The position numbers and the translations under genes are program-made. Below, in pieces: positions 14,336 to 28,372 of a stretch of 64,000 bases of DNA. The first letter of the stretch is position 1; every line of letters starts with the position of its first letter. The DNA is taken from assembly GCF_006345805.1 (NCBI RefSeq), contig NC_043008.1, forward strand, positions 39,680,001 to 39,744,000, read 5' to 3'. Under the pieces are notes generated by a model that worked only from the letters and a program-made list of their open reading frames with translations, was not told the origin of the DNA and did no database searches. This DNA comes from Octopus sinensis. Taxonomy: Eukaryota.

Positions 14336-15304
14336 TACGAATGAGTCAAGCGTCCTGCACGTATGTGTATGTGCATATAATGTATATATACTCGTATATA
14401 TATGTATATTCTAATTATATATCTATGCCGGTTTATACATCAATGAGTCTTCAATTTCAGTCTCTATGGACTAGAGAGAGAGAGATAAAAAGAGATAGAG
14501 AAACTGAGAGAGAGAGAGAGTGCGTGTGTGTGTGTGTGTGAGTGTGTGCTGTGCATGCGCGCATGTGCACTTGATTATATGACAATACAGTGTTTGTTAA
14601 TGTGAGGTCTGACATTTGCTTTGTGTATGATGCCTTCTGGAGATCTAAATTCAAATTGAGTAATCTAGTTCTGTGAATTGTTTACATATAATATTTGATT
14701 TCTAACACATATATATATATATGAAATTTATATATCTAAGATATGTGGTTTTCTCTATGTATATGTATAAATTTCAATGTGTACTAACATCTGCATTTAC
14801 ACACGCAGGCACACACACAAACTGAATGTGTGTGTGTGTGTATGGGAGCGATTTTCAGCATACAAATATCTTCATATGAAAAACGAGAAATATATCTAAG
14901 TCATTTTGGTAGCAGTCTAATAAAAACGCCATACAGCGAAAAAATATTTAAGGAAAGGTAATACACCATATAGTATTTCATTGAATATATTTTCATTATG
15001 GTCAAAGTTCCTAATATTGGATGAATTGAAGTTGTTGAATGTCCAAAATAAATAGAAATATATGACTAAAATATGGTTTTCCCTAAGTGCTACAAACACA
15101 CACACACACACACATACACACATACACACACACGCACACTCATTGCGTGAATATGTGTCCACTTACAATTTCTTTCGCATGAAATTATATTCTGTTGGAA
15201 AATATTTAGCAATACGTACATCTCTCATGATTTCAAGTCATAGAATGTTATTCATGCTTACATATCACACATCATGTTTCTATATAGCTTCACATACAGA
15301 CACA

Positions 15305-15382
<78 letters not shown>

Positions 15383-16033
15383 CTATATATATATAGATAT
15401 ATATATATATATATTATATATATATATATTATATATATATATTATATATATATATACATATATACATTCATACATATATATATAATTATATATAATATAT
15501 ATATATATATATATAATATATATATATTAAAATTCTTAGTTCAAAGCACTGATTATTGTCGAGTATCATAAATACGTACCGTTCGCAATTTATACTGAGT
15601 GAAGATATTTAATAAAATGAAGGTTGCAAATTGAAATACGGTGTCTTTCTCACGAAAACTTTATCAAGCATTCACATATGCTTGATAGATTTCTGTGTCG
15701 ACAGTATTGCAATTTTGAGCCTTGATGTTAATGTGTATATATGTGCATGTGTGTGTGTGCGGTGTTTATATGTGAGTTTGTGCGTGTGAGTGCATGTATG
15801 TACTATATACTACTGAGAGTTATAAATGGATATTACTTTTATTTTAATATGAACATGGTTATGTATGAGTTTACTAAATTTCATGAGAATTTCAGCAGTT
15901 GTTATATTTGCCTTATTGAATTTCTGCAACTAGTCTCGCTTATCTGTGTTTGATAGACACATATTCAATGATATCCACACGAACCGGCAATCACATGCGC
16001 GCACACATCACACTTTATATATATATATATGTC

Positions 16034-16064
<31 letters not shown>

Positions 16065-16271
16065 TATAAATATAATATATAAATATATATATATATATAT
16101 ATAAGTATATATATATCAGAAATATTGGGGGTGAATACATATGAAAGAAAAGGGCTTTCAGAATGCTGGATGGTTGTATATATATTTTTTTATACAACCA
16201 TCCAGCATTCTGAACGCAATTTTTCTTTCATATATATATATATATATATAATGTATATATATATATATATA

Positions 16272-16345
16272 TCCAACCCTGCTTGGTGTCCAACCCGTGC
16301 TAGCACGGAAAACGACGTTAAACGAGGATAATGATGATGATGTTG
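16272..16345 (+). mobile_element. 3' tail fragment of an RTE-type LINE or SINE
   Basis: CCAACCCGTGCTAGCACGGAAAACGACGTTAAA followed by a (GAT)n tail. Confidence 0.45.
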
Positions 16346-16461
16346 ATATATATATTATATATATATATATATATAAAATTAAATTTAGGGTAAAAATTGA
16401 TATTTATCAATTAGAACCAGTGGTCTAGCATATTAAAAAAGAATCCGAAGATTAAAATATT

Positions 16462-16505
16462 TATATATACCAATTAAGGACTGCACACGTGTGCAGTCCT
16501 TAATT

Positions 16506-16515
<10 letters not shown>
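16462..16515. repeat. Perfect 54-bp palindrome with no spacer
   Basis: TATATATACCAATTAAGGACTGCACAC|GTGTGCAGTCCTTAATTGGTATATATA; centre 16488/16489. Confidence 0.95.
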
Positions 16516-16581
<66 letters not shown>

Positions 16582-18631
16582 ATATATATAACTGCACACG
16601 CACATAGAGACTCTCACACACTCATGTAAGTAGTATTATAGACCCGTATTTATAAATCGGTATGTATGTTGCATGGCACATGTTATATATGTGCAAAATA
16701 TGGTTTGTGTATTTCGTTAAAGCTTCAGTGAGACAGTTTCGCTTATGTTCTGTTTAAACAAATTTATTCCACAAATCTATTACATTAATTATGACGTACC
16801 ATGGTAGCTGGATTACATTATCCTTTCAAGTTCATTTTTATGATGACGTCTTTTGTTTCAAGCGAAAAATAATTCTTCCATCTCGCACTATACTTAAACG
16901 TAAAATAAGACTGGATATTTCTTAATTCCCTGAGAGGCACATCTTCATTGGTTCAATCATTAAACCACTGATTTGACATACTGAATCAAAATGTATAAAA
17001 AATCAGCGGCTTTTATGGTGTTTTTACTGGCTGATATTAAGCAAATTCTCTATAGTGATGTAACGGTGTAACAAGCATTTAGCATCTCCAATCCAAAGTT
17101 TCATTGAGTTAACTAACTGATATGTACGACGCATACGTTAATGAATCAATGGGATCATTTTATGGGGTCAATCTACATGCTAGGATAATATTAATCAACT
17201 TTCTGATGCTTCAAAATCTACCACCTTAAATTTGGATAGTAACTGCATAATTTGAATCAATGCAAATAATACGTTTGTTGATGCGTTGATGATGCGAATC
17301 ACAAGGACATATTACATGTGTGTACAGCTGCTATAAACCTAGGTTCTAAACTAATTTCATTAATTTAATTTGAAATCATCCCATTATTTGATAGTATCCC
17401 ATTTCGATTGAATTCGCAATATATCTCTTTAAAAATAAGCGTTAGATTTGAAAAAAATATCGGGGTTTCGTATAGTGAAAAAAACTCAATAGGTGGAATT
17501 GAATCGCTTCCAATTGATCATACTATTATCGAAAGTAAAATACATCAATTGCTGATAATCAGTTTTGGTTTCAGATGAGATTGTACAAATATATAGCAGA
17601 ATACGATAAAAGAAAACAATACAAGTATGATCAACAGTTCTCTGCTACTAAATAAACGTGCTTCTGCTAAGCAAACGACATTATATGCGCTGGAGCAGTG
17701 AGTAATATTTCGTTTCGCGTCGGGTGTGCAATGTCTGCACGTTACCATGTCCTGATATACCCGTACCTACCAATATTTTCCGCAATGACAGCAAGTAAGG
17801 CTATCAGCTTGCCAAGATATCTCCTATACACCATTCTTATGAGAACACGGCCTTTCATGGAAGTGACTCATGTGGATTAGCATAAGATAGCGAGAACTGA
17901 GAGAATATGGAGAATGAGAAATAACTGAGACAAACAGAAAATAAATAAATAAATTAGCTTCCGTAAATAGACTTCATACAAACAAATATTCTACTAAATA
18001 TTGAAAGTGCCGTGTTCGTTCACGATCACAATACTGGTAAAACGAAGCCAATATTTCAATTGACATATTTCATTTGTTCTTTTTTCTTTTTCAACGAAAT
18101 CCTACCCATTTTAACAGTAGAAAGAATAAGTTTTATATGGCTTTAAGAGGTCTATGACTTTTGACGTAAAACAAAATTTAACGCTGCTGAAGATACGTGG
18201 GAGTAAAATGCAATTTCCTTTCTGTGGCATTTATTTTTCACAATCATGTATTTGTCAAATTGTTGTTTTGAGAAGCATGGGAAGGAAATTGCAGAGTAAA
18301 AGAAATAACTTGGAAAAAATACAAAACAAAAAAGTAAGTAAGTAGGGAAAATAGTGTAGGAGAAAGCGAAAAATAACACAATATAATTTAAAATACATTG
18401 TATGTTTCTGTATGTATCCTTTGATTTCAAGTGATATCGTAAATAAGTATTCAACTGAACAGAATTCTCTCGAGACGGCTTTTGCGCAGCAGAAACTTAT
18501 TATTATTATTTACGTTTTTGTTGCTTTTTTTCTATACGAGTTGTTTCAAGAGTCAACCAGAGACCAACAGTTACAGTAAACTAGGCGTTTTCAAATGGTT
18601 ATTTATTATTATTATTATTATTGTTGTTATT

Positions 18632-18837
18632 GGCGAGCTGACAGGATCGTTAGCGTGCTGGACGAAATGCTTAGCGGTATTTCTCTCGACTTTACGTTCT
18701 GAGTTCAAATTTCGCCAAGGTTGACGTTGCCTTTCATCCTTTCTGTGTCGGTAAATTAAGTACCAGTGAAACAACGGGGTCAATGGAAACGACTAGTTCC
18801 ATCCCACAAAATATTCGGCCTTGTGCGTTTAGTAGAA

Positions 18838-18840
<3 letters not shown>
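18632..18840 (+). mobile_element. SINE family C with (ATT)n tail
   Basis: GGCGAGCTGACAGGATCGTTAG (A-box-like) and GAGTTCAAATT (B-box-like), followed by (ATT)n. Confidence 0.8.
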
Positions 18841-18894
<54 letters not shown>

Positions 18895-18911
18895 GTTATT
18901 ATAATATCATC

Positions 18912-19127
18912 CTAAGGCGGTGAGCTGGCAGAATCATTTGCACGCTGAGCAAAATGCTTAGCGGTATTTCGTCTGCCGCTACGTTCTGAATTCAAATTCC
19001 ACCGAGGTCGACTTTGCCTTTCAGCCTTTCAGGGTTGATTTAATAAGTACCAGTAACCTAGCGGTGTCGATGCAATCGACTTACCCCCTCTCCGCGTATT
19101 TCAGGACTTGTGCCTATAATGGAAAGG

Positions 19128-19130
<3 letters not shown>
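18912..19130 (+). mobile_element. SINE family C with (ATT)n tail
   Basis: TAAGGCGGTGAGCTGGCAGAATC...TGAATTCAAATTCCACCGAGGTCGAC...GAAAGGATT(ATT)n. Confidence 0.85.
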
Positions 19131-19194
<64 letters not shown>

Positions 19195-19200
19195 TATTAT

Positions 19201-21207
19201 TGTCATTTACTTTTAATCTGCATGTTTGATGCAATCACCTGCCGGGGCACACCCAGCGCCCTAGGGCAAGTGAAGGTTAAGAGTTGTTGAAATATAGCTG
19301 AAAGCTTGGGGAGGGGAAGTAGAGATATATCTCCATGTAATGCAAACACAAACATTTACATTGATAGGGTTTTTCTAAGGATGTGGGCAGTACTTGTTAG
19401 CACAATCTTTTGGATTTCCTTGAGACATGGTTTTCCAGGGATATTGTCTAGGTGTTTCTGACATCCCTTTTTTATCATACCTAGGGCACCTACAATAACA
19501 GGAACAGTTTTTGTTTTAAGATTCCACATCCTCTGTATTTCGATTTCCAGGTCCTTATATTTACTAAGTTTGTCAAATTCCTTGACAGATACATTTTTAT
19601 CAGTGGGGACGCTTACTTCTATTAGTCTGCAGGTATTTTCTTCCCTGTCTTTAACAATTATGTCTGCTCGATTAGCCTTGATCGTTCTGTCAGTGTTGAC
19701 TGGAAAATCCCAGAGGATGGTGACATCTTTACCTTCAACAACTGTCTGAGGATGGTGTTCATACCAGTTAGCAGGAGTGTCGGATTTGTAGTGTTTACAT
19801 ATCTTCCAATGTATATACTGTCCTACCCTATCGTGGCGATTTTTGTATTCGTTTGGTGTCAGCACAGGACATCCCGAAACGAGATGGTTATTCGTTTCGT
19901 TCAAATGTGTCGCAGAATCTGCATTTAGGGTCAGTACCGTTCGGAGAACGTTAGCCGTAATTTCTGGTAAACAAGCTTTGATCTTGTGCTGCCATTATGA
20001 AAACCTTCAGTCTCTGCTTTCAACCAGAGCTCTTCAGCCACTGATGGGTTGTTGCTTGGTCTACATCAGCATTTTGGCTTCGGAGAATATATTGTCCATG
20101 CAGGGCTTCTGGCTCCACCGCCTCTCAATTTGATTCTGCCCGTTTTTTTTGCAGTCTGCTTGATTCGCTTTGCTGCTTGGTAGCAGTGGTTTCGGCTCTT
20201 CATCTGATTCAAGGTTAATGTCTAGTTCCCTTTCGAACTATAAGCTTCCTTGACAAATAGAATGCAGCTTTTTGCTGCTTTCGTGTTCGCACACAAAGTC
20301 GAGAATCCAGTCCATGTTCTTTGTACTAGATAGGTACCTGTTCATTCCTACAGTAGAGGTCTTATAGCACACGCTCTAATTGCATCATTCCTCTCCCCCG
20401 CTGCTTCTAGGTAGGTACAAGCGGTCTACATCTGCCTTAGGGTGGTGCATGCTCTTGGATGTCAGTAACTTTCTTGTCTTCCTGTCCAAGCGTTGGAGTT
20501 CCGTAAGGTTCCAGTTAATGATGTTAAAACTGTACTGGACTACTGGAAGTGCCAGGGTGTTAATGGCCTCAATGCAATTTTGGAGTTGAGTTCAGTCTTC
20601 AGTACAAGCCTTATTCTCCTATAGTATTCCTTTCTTATTTTTCCTTCATAGTAGCATGATGTATACCATCTCTTCGTTGATTCCTAGGTATTTGTAACTT
20701 TCTGTGGGTCAAGTTCCTTGATGGTAGTGTCAATATCTAATTTACAGAAGCTGTTGCCTGAGCTTGCCTCTTACAAAAGTTGCTTTAGCGCACACTTATC
20801 AAGGCCAAAATCCATTCCGATATCATTGCTAAAATTTTAACAGTTGTTAGCAGCCCTTCTAGCTCTGGTCATTCCTGGCAAACAGCTTTAGGTCGTCCAT
20901 ATAGAAGAGGTGGTTTCTTAACTTACTAAAAACTTTGTACCCATATCTGGTACTATCCAATTCGTTTGAGAGTGGGATCACTGCCAGGCAAAAAAGTAAT
21001 GGAGAGAGGGAGTCACCTTGAAAGATGCCTCGTTTGATGTTGATGCTGTTGGACTGGCTCATCCCATTACTATGGCTTAGAAAGAGACGTGTGTTCCACA
21101 TGGTCATGCTATTCTCTAAGAATTTTGAGACGACAGGAGAGATCTTGTATATCTCAAGGGCCTTGAGTATCCATTTATGTGGGACACTGTCATACGCTTT
21201 CCTGTAT
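19201..21207 (-). mobile_element. 5'-truncated, disrupted R4/Dong-clade non-LTR retrotransposon (RT + CCHC + restriction-like endonuclease)
   Basis: Minus strand gives YRKAYDSVPHKW, RGIFQGDSLSPLLF and HLFYMDDLKLF (RT); CRFC..NHLVSGC (zinc knuckle); RHD, NRADII, LIEVSVP, KLSKYKDL and PVIVGALG (RLE). Frameshifts and stops lie between the pieces. (ATT)n on both flanks. Confidence 0.9.
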
Positions 21208-21239
21208 ATTATTATTATTATTATTATTTACTATTATTA

Positions 21240-21300
<61 letters not shown>

Positions 21301-21306
21301 TAATGA

Positions 21307-21510
21307 TAAGGCGGCAAGCTTGCAGAATGGTAAACACCCCGGGCAATATGCTTAGCGGCATTTCATCCATCTTTACATTCCGAGTAAAAATTCTTCCGAG
21401 GTAGACTTTGCCTTTCATCCTCTCGGCATCAATAATATAAATACCAGCCATGCACTGACAAGTCCCTTCTTTCAATGTTTCAGACCTCGTGTCTTTTATA
21501 GAGGGATTAC
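21307..21510 (+). mobile_element. SINE family C
   Basis: TAAGGCGGCAAGCTTGCAGAATGG...CCGAGGTAGACTTTGCCTTTCATCC. Confidence 0.8.
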
Positions 21511-21529
21511 TATTATTTAATGGAAACTC

Positions 21530-21950
21530 TCAGCTTCTTCTTCTTCGTCTTCTTCTTCTTCTTCTTCTTTCTCTATTCTTTCTCTCTTCTTTTCTTCTTC
21601 TCTTCTTTTTCTTCTTCTTCTTCTTCGTCTTATTCTTCTTCTTCTTCTTCTTTTTTTCTTTTTCTTTTTCTTCTTCTTCTTCTTCTTCTTTTTCTTTTCT
21701 TCTGCTTCTTCTTCTTCTTCTTCTTTTCTTCTTTTTCTTCTTCTTCTTCTTCTTTTTTTCTTTTTCTTCTTCTTCTTCTTCTTCTTCTTCTCTTTTTCTT
21801 TTTCTTCTGCTTCTTCTTCTTCTTCTTCTTCTCCTTTTTCTTTTTCTTCTTCTTCTTCTTCTTCTTCTTCTTCTTCTTCTTCTCCTTTTTCTTTTTCTTT
21901 TTCTTCTTCTTCTTCCATCTCCCCTCCCATTCCTCCTCTTCTGCTTATTC
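21530..21950. repeat. Polypyrimidine (CTT)n tract with CTTTTT interruptions
   Basis: Direct reading. Confidence 0.95.
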
Positions 21951-22486
21951 TTGTTTTTGTAAAATTCACATTACTCAAATAATTAACATTATTATAGTTT
22001 GTATTATTGCTAACGTTATAATATTACAGTTATACTTATTTGTAGGTGAAATTTGTTTGTGCAATCAAATAAATTTTGATTAAACGATCCCGCAGGTCAT
22101 AGACATATTTATTGCTTTTAATTTATAGCTAATTGTTACAAAATACATTTCCAGAATTTCATAAGTATAGCTCAGATTTTTCATGCTAAGTGGAAGTGCG
22201 CGGGTCAATGGTTTAATGGCTAGGGTGTTTGACTCATGATTGTAAGCTTGCTATGGGGAAAATATATACACCACGGTGGCCACGAGACCAGTCCCTTAAC
22301 CTATAATATTCTTTTAAAATTTCATTCTAATTAATCAGATATTGTAGACCCATACTTCATGAATATTACATACAATATGGCAGGTTTCAATTTTCATTAG
22401 AATTTTGGCAACAGAGCTTTCGATAAGGATATTTCTTTTGTTATATGACACTGGAATATACTTTGGTTACATTCTGCTTATACAAA

Positions 22487-22605
<119 letters not shown>

Positions 22606-22625
22606 CTATATATATATATTATATA

Positions 22626-22662
<37 letters not shown>

Positions 22663-23804
22663 AATGCATGTATATATACACATACACACTCACATACTTT
22701 ATACAGAGAGAGAAAAAGAAAGAGACACACACATACAGATATTTACATGTGTATATTCACATATATATGCATGCATACACACACTTGCGCACGCACACAG
22801 ACAGACAGACACACGCATGCATAAATGAATTTATTCAAAATTAGCTGATTAGAAATCTAAAAATTTGATACAGTTATTACATGCTTTCATTTATAAAATC
22901 TTTTCCAGTTCTGAGAAATAAAATACTGTTTGTTCCAACCTTGTATGATGACTGAAACATGAACATAGAAGAAATTTCAAGATAATTGCCCTATTTTGCA
23001 TAACACAATCTGAAAGTTCATTTTCGTTATATCTGTATATCTGAGAAGCTTCACAGACTGACATCTCTGAAGTTTGCTAAATACCAAGACTTAACTAATG
23101 CTTAAATGCCGTCTCGAAAACAAATTTGTCTTACGGACCTAATTGCACTTGGTGCCTGAACTTCTGGTAGTTTCATACAAGGAATTTTGTTAATTAGTTC
23201 GATCTTTAGTATAAGTTGAAATCCTCTAAATGAGTTATCGCATGAATGCTTAATATTCATCTTCCTTAACCACATTTTTTTTATGCGGTAAGTTATTTGT
23301 AATTGAGTCTCGTTCAATTTTATTATACGACAGACTGAAAACTGAATGTTTACTTTTATCGTAATTAGAAATATTACATTATTGAGCCTTGCGTAAAAGT
23401 TCGCTTTTGTTATCATTTCTTATATAATTTAAAATTATTGAGATAGGCAAGCATTGTCGAAAGAAACAGCAATCCATTTGCTGTATTTTGAGGGAAAAGT
23501 TCTGAAACATGAGTATATGTCACCGTTGGTCGAAACCAGGTTAACAATGGGCTAATAAACATAAGATAAAGAGCAAAGCAAGTTATCGAAAGTTATTTTG
23601 TATATGCATACTTTTGTCAAGATAAGTTCTTTTGAAAGTGAAAAATACCAGTCCGCGTTCGAGACAAAAATATGATAGTGAATGATTTTGGTTACCTTGT
23701 CTTGTAAGATAGTATGAGCATCTACGTAAACAAGTCTGCCAATTGTTTTTTTTTTTTTTGACAAATTAAAAATGGTTTGAACATCTTTACGTTATTAAAA
23801 TTGT

Positions 23805-24004
23805 TAATTTTTCTGCAAATTCCGGAGTGAGGTTGAGTGTATTACATCGACCCCGGTGTTCAACTGGTATTTATTTTATCAACCAGGAATGGATGAAACG
23901 CAAAGTCGCCTTCGGCGCGATTTGAAACCAGGACGTAAAAACGGACGAAATTCTGCTAAGCATTTTGCTCAGCATGTTAACAATTCTGTCAGCTCGCCCG
24001 CCTT
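23805..24004 (-). mobile_element. SINE family C
   Basis: Plus strand ends GCTAAGCATTTTGCTCAGCATGTTAACAATTCTGTCAGCTCGCCCGCCTT, the reverse complement of the family C head. Confidence 0.75.
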
Positions 24005-24632
24005 TTAGAACTCTATATAATTATAATCATTATTCTCTCTAAGTGGTGTGAAGAGATTGCATACAACGAGCACAAACAAAGTTTAAAGTTAATAGTCCCA
24101 AGTAACGTTTATTTTGTTAAGTCGGTAGGGTATAGACACGATGAGATTTCGTCCATGTTCCCTGTGTGTAGAATGACCGACCACGCATCCTCTTTCGCTC
24201 CACATAGTAATATTCTTCATGCTAAGACTGATATTTTATTTTGAAGTCGCTGTTGTTTATATTTCGCTACCGGCACATTAAATTAATTCATTATGATGTC
24301 TGAATGTAATTGTAAATTATTTATTACTGTCATCAAATGTGGAAATTGTTACAAAGCGATCAATTTTGAGACAGATTATATGGTTTTCAATTTATTTAAT
24401 TTGTCTATGTTCGCAATAATCATAAACATACATACCTACATACACACAAACACACACACATGCATACACATACACACACACACACACATATATATGTATA
24501 TATATATGCATATATATATGTATATATGTATATACATATTCATACATGTATATATATATATAAGTGTATATATATATATATACATATATATATTTATATA
24601 GTCATATATATATATACATACATATATATTAT

Positions 24633-24739
<107 letters not shown>

Positions 24740-25087
24740 TATATATATATGTATATACGGCAAATTCTTATATTTATTTCTCTTCCTATTATTATATGAC
24801 TTTAATGAAATATAATACTTGCTTTGTTTTTTTTACTTTTTTTCTTTTACCCTCTGTTATTTCCTGATATCAATAAACGTGATGAATGCTTAAGGAAATG
24901 AAAAATGGACAACAAACACTACGAAATTCAATTATTATTTAAAACTATCACTGAATGTATTTAAAGAATAAATTTTTTTTGAAATTTTATAACTTATTTT
25001 ATATACAAATTATTTGAAATTCAGCCATTTCTTTTTTTTTTTATTTGCATTTCAGCTTTGCTTAATATTTTGTAAGTTACCACGAAT

Positions 25088-25128
<41 letters not shown>

Positions 25129-25478
25129 ATACACCTCACACACACACATATACATTCAAAACGCACAAACAGACAGAAACACATATTCATGCGCACACAT
25201 ACACACATTTGCATACACAATCACATACATATATGTATACGTGATTTTATATATGTAGATATCGCTGTACATCAGTGTATATGCTGTGTGTTAATTGCGC
25301 CATAGAGAAGGAGGTTGTCACCTCAAATGAAATGATTCAGTACAATATCATTAGTCGTTTCACTGGAGCCGGATCAAATGACTGGAGACTAATCACTGGG
25401 AACATAAAATAATAAATAAATTTTTTCACGCACAAATTTTCATAATTTCATGCGTGTGAGTACGCACGCACACACACA

Positions 25479-25525
<47 letters not shown>

Positions 25526-25856
25526 GTTTTTTATATACATATGTATATAAGTCCATGTTTGTAAGCATGTGATTTTTGTATATAAAGATACTTATATGCA
25601 TACACGTAAATGAAATTTCACTAAAATCTCATTACTTTGTGTTTCATACTGTCTCTTTGCAAATCATTTTTGAATCAGGGGAACATCACATATTAACATT
25701 TATTTATTTATAATGGTGATAATGTATGATCATTTATTACTAGATTAATTATTCCCGAATACAACATTACGAAAGCATTAATACCAGAAATAAAAATCCA
25801 TTGAAAAAAATTATTATCCATGTCTATGTTGTTGAGTACATATATAGACATACACC

Positions 25857-25892
<36 letters not shown>

Positions 25893-25910
25893 ACACCACA
25901 CATATATATA

Positions 25911-25949
<39 letters not shown>

Positions 25950-25960
25950 TATATTATATA

Positions 25961-25991
<31 letters not shown>

Positions 25992-27491
25992 ATTAATGGT
26001 AACGTATTGGGTATTTCTGAAAACTTTACCCAAAAACCTGAAAGCGCAGCCTGTGTTGTGTCTGTATCAAAAGATAGTTGCTCATCTGCGGCTACTCATT
26101 GAAGACTGGTAAAATATTCGAAAACGATGGTTACCTGGTGCACTTTATATATACTCTTTATATGCTTTATGCACAATTTTATAAACTTAATACACAACAC
26201 TCATAAAATAAATATTTACTATTATTTTTCCATTTTTCGCATAAACAAAAAAAAGATATAACCCGTACATATGATACGACATTTAGTTAAATTGCATATA
26301 ACTGCCATGAAAAAGCGTGGATATTTCACAGTTTCAATTATGCACATGCGTTAAGTGGTAGGTGAAATAAAAAACAACTCCACCACCAAAACTACCACCA
26401 CTACCATCATCATCATCACCTCCTGTATCTCTCTCCCTTCTCTCCCTTCTCTTCCCCCGCTATCTCCCCATCCCCTATCTCCTCCTTCTCTCCCCCTCTC
26501 TCTCCATGCCTTTCTTTAACCTCACCATCAGAACATCACCCTTCTGCTAAATTTATATTTTTAACACTTCTACATTCAACTTTTTTCAACATGTAATAAA
26601 TATTACATTCCCCTAACTCACGTCATGGACGCTTCGCTCTCTTTCTTTTCTTTATCCCTCTTTTTTTCTCACACTTCGCTTTTATTCTCTTTTTCTCTCT
26701 TCATTTTCTTTCACCTCACTTTCCTTTCAACTAATCACGTGAAAGCGTTACAGCTACATTCACTCTACCTCATATCATGGACGCTTCTCTCTCCCACTTT
26801 TTCTCCTTCCTCTTTTTCTAACTCCCTTTTTTCTTTCTCTCTCTCTTTCTCTTCTCTAATCACAAGAAAGCGTTACCGACGGGCTCAGTAACACAATGAC
26901 AAGCATAATTATTATAAATTGTTTTCGCAATAAAAGAGAGAGAAAGACCAGTGCATTAAATCCTTAAATGGATAATTCATAATAGAAAAGTTGTAAACTT
27001 GTTTCGCTGTTGAAATATACATTTGTATTAGAGTTTTTCTTTTGATTTTCTTTAAAGTGGTAGAACTTTATGAAGTTAATTAGTAAAACAGACTTTTTCT
27101 CTTAGAACTTTCACAGTCTCTGTCTTAAAATTTTATATACGCACGCAATCTTCCCATCACAAATTTTCACTCTACACCTATCTCTCACAATTGCTCTGTT
27201 TAATTTATAAACATCCTAGTGTTTACCCATTCTCTCTGTCGCGCATTCTTCAGCTGAGTGTTACATATATATTTACTGTAGATAAAAATATTTATAATGT
27301 AAATTTTATTGTTAGTTTCACTGTACTGAAATTGTATTTTTACTACCATATTTTATAAAGGCACCACGCCATTTGTCCGTATTAATTTTTCACACTTTTG
27401 ACGCATTCAATTTATTTAGCTTTCATTTCATTTCACTATTTATCTTTCAAACACATATGAACTTTCACTCTGTTTCACACACACACACGCG

Positions 27492-27522
<31 letters not shown>

Positions 27523-27934
27523 TGCCACTGCAGTAGTATTTTCATATTCTCTGTGTATGTAATTTTAGTTTATATAAGAATGTATTGTATGTCTGCTGAA
27601 CGAATGTCTGTTTGTTAATATATATGTAAGTCTGTGTCTTGTTCTGCAACCGCATATATGGGTGACAGAAGAAAGCAGAGCTTCATTAAATATCACTTGC
27701 TTATTTGTATATAATGGCGGATAATATGATGAAAATAAATTTTCTTGTTGTATCTATAAGAATACGATTAATCCCCGCCACCCTAAAAGAGGGGTTGTTG
27801 TTGGATCAAGATGGGCAATACCAGTTAGTAAACGTGTACACAATATGTACAACATATACCCTTTTAACATTTTTGTTTCCAAACATATACAGACGTAAGC
27901 ATTTGCTGCGACATTAGTCCTATATAACTATATA

Positions 27935-28372
27935 GGGATCTTTTCGGTTTGAACGGCAGTTTTTTTCTAGCGGTGTCATATGAAATTGTCACCCATAATT
28001 ATGACCCTAGTATCGGGCTATTGCATTTCAGTCTGTTTTAGGGTTAGGGTTAGTAGTTAGAGTAAGAGTTAGGGGTGGGGGGAAGGGTATCTTTTTTTCT
28101 TCACAAATGTAAATAAACCCAATCTGTTTCTTAAACGAGGGACATATTCATACGGCACAGAATGTTATTTACCTCAATATACGTCACTGATTGGTTGAAA
28201 TTGCAGAAATTAAAGAAAAAAACAACAAATATCTTACAAACTATAGAATTTTCTCAATAAAGCCAAGAGAAAAAGATGTTTTATAAACACATTCTACCAG
28301 TATACGAAGTTTAACATTTTTTAGTTACCTAGAAATTATGTTAAAAACTGCTGTTCAAACCGAATAGATCCC
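27935..28372. mobile_element. MITE, 438 bp, ~30-bp TIRs, TA-flanked
   Basis: TA|GGGATCTTTTCGGTTTGAACGGCAGTTTTT ... AAAAACTGCTGTTCAAACCGAATAGATCCC|TA; two mismatches between the TIRs; no ORF. Confidence 0.85.

Noticed and set aside
17575-17697. Plus-strand exon with TTTCAG acceptor and GTGAGT donor
   Set aside because: All three frames contain stops; only a 23-aa ATG-initiated piece remains, with no partner exon.
21517-22083. K/E/R-rich and F/S-rich ORFs
   Set aside because: Products of the (CTT)n tract.
28020-28085. Telomere
   Set aside because: Only about 2.5 perfect TTAGGG units, internal to a MITE.
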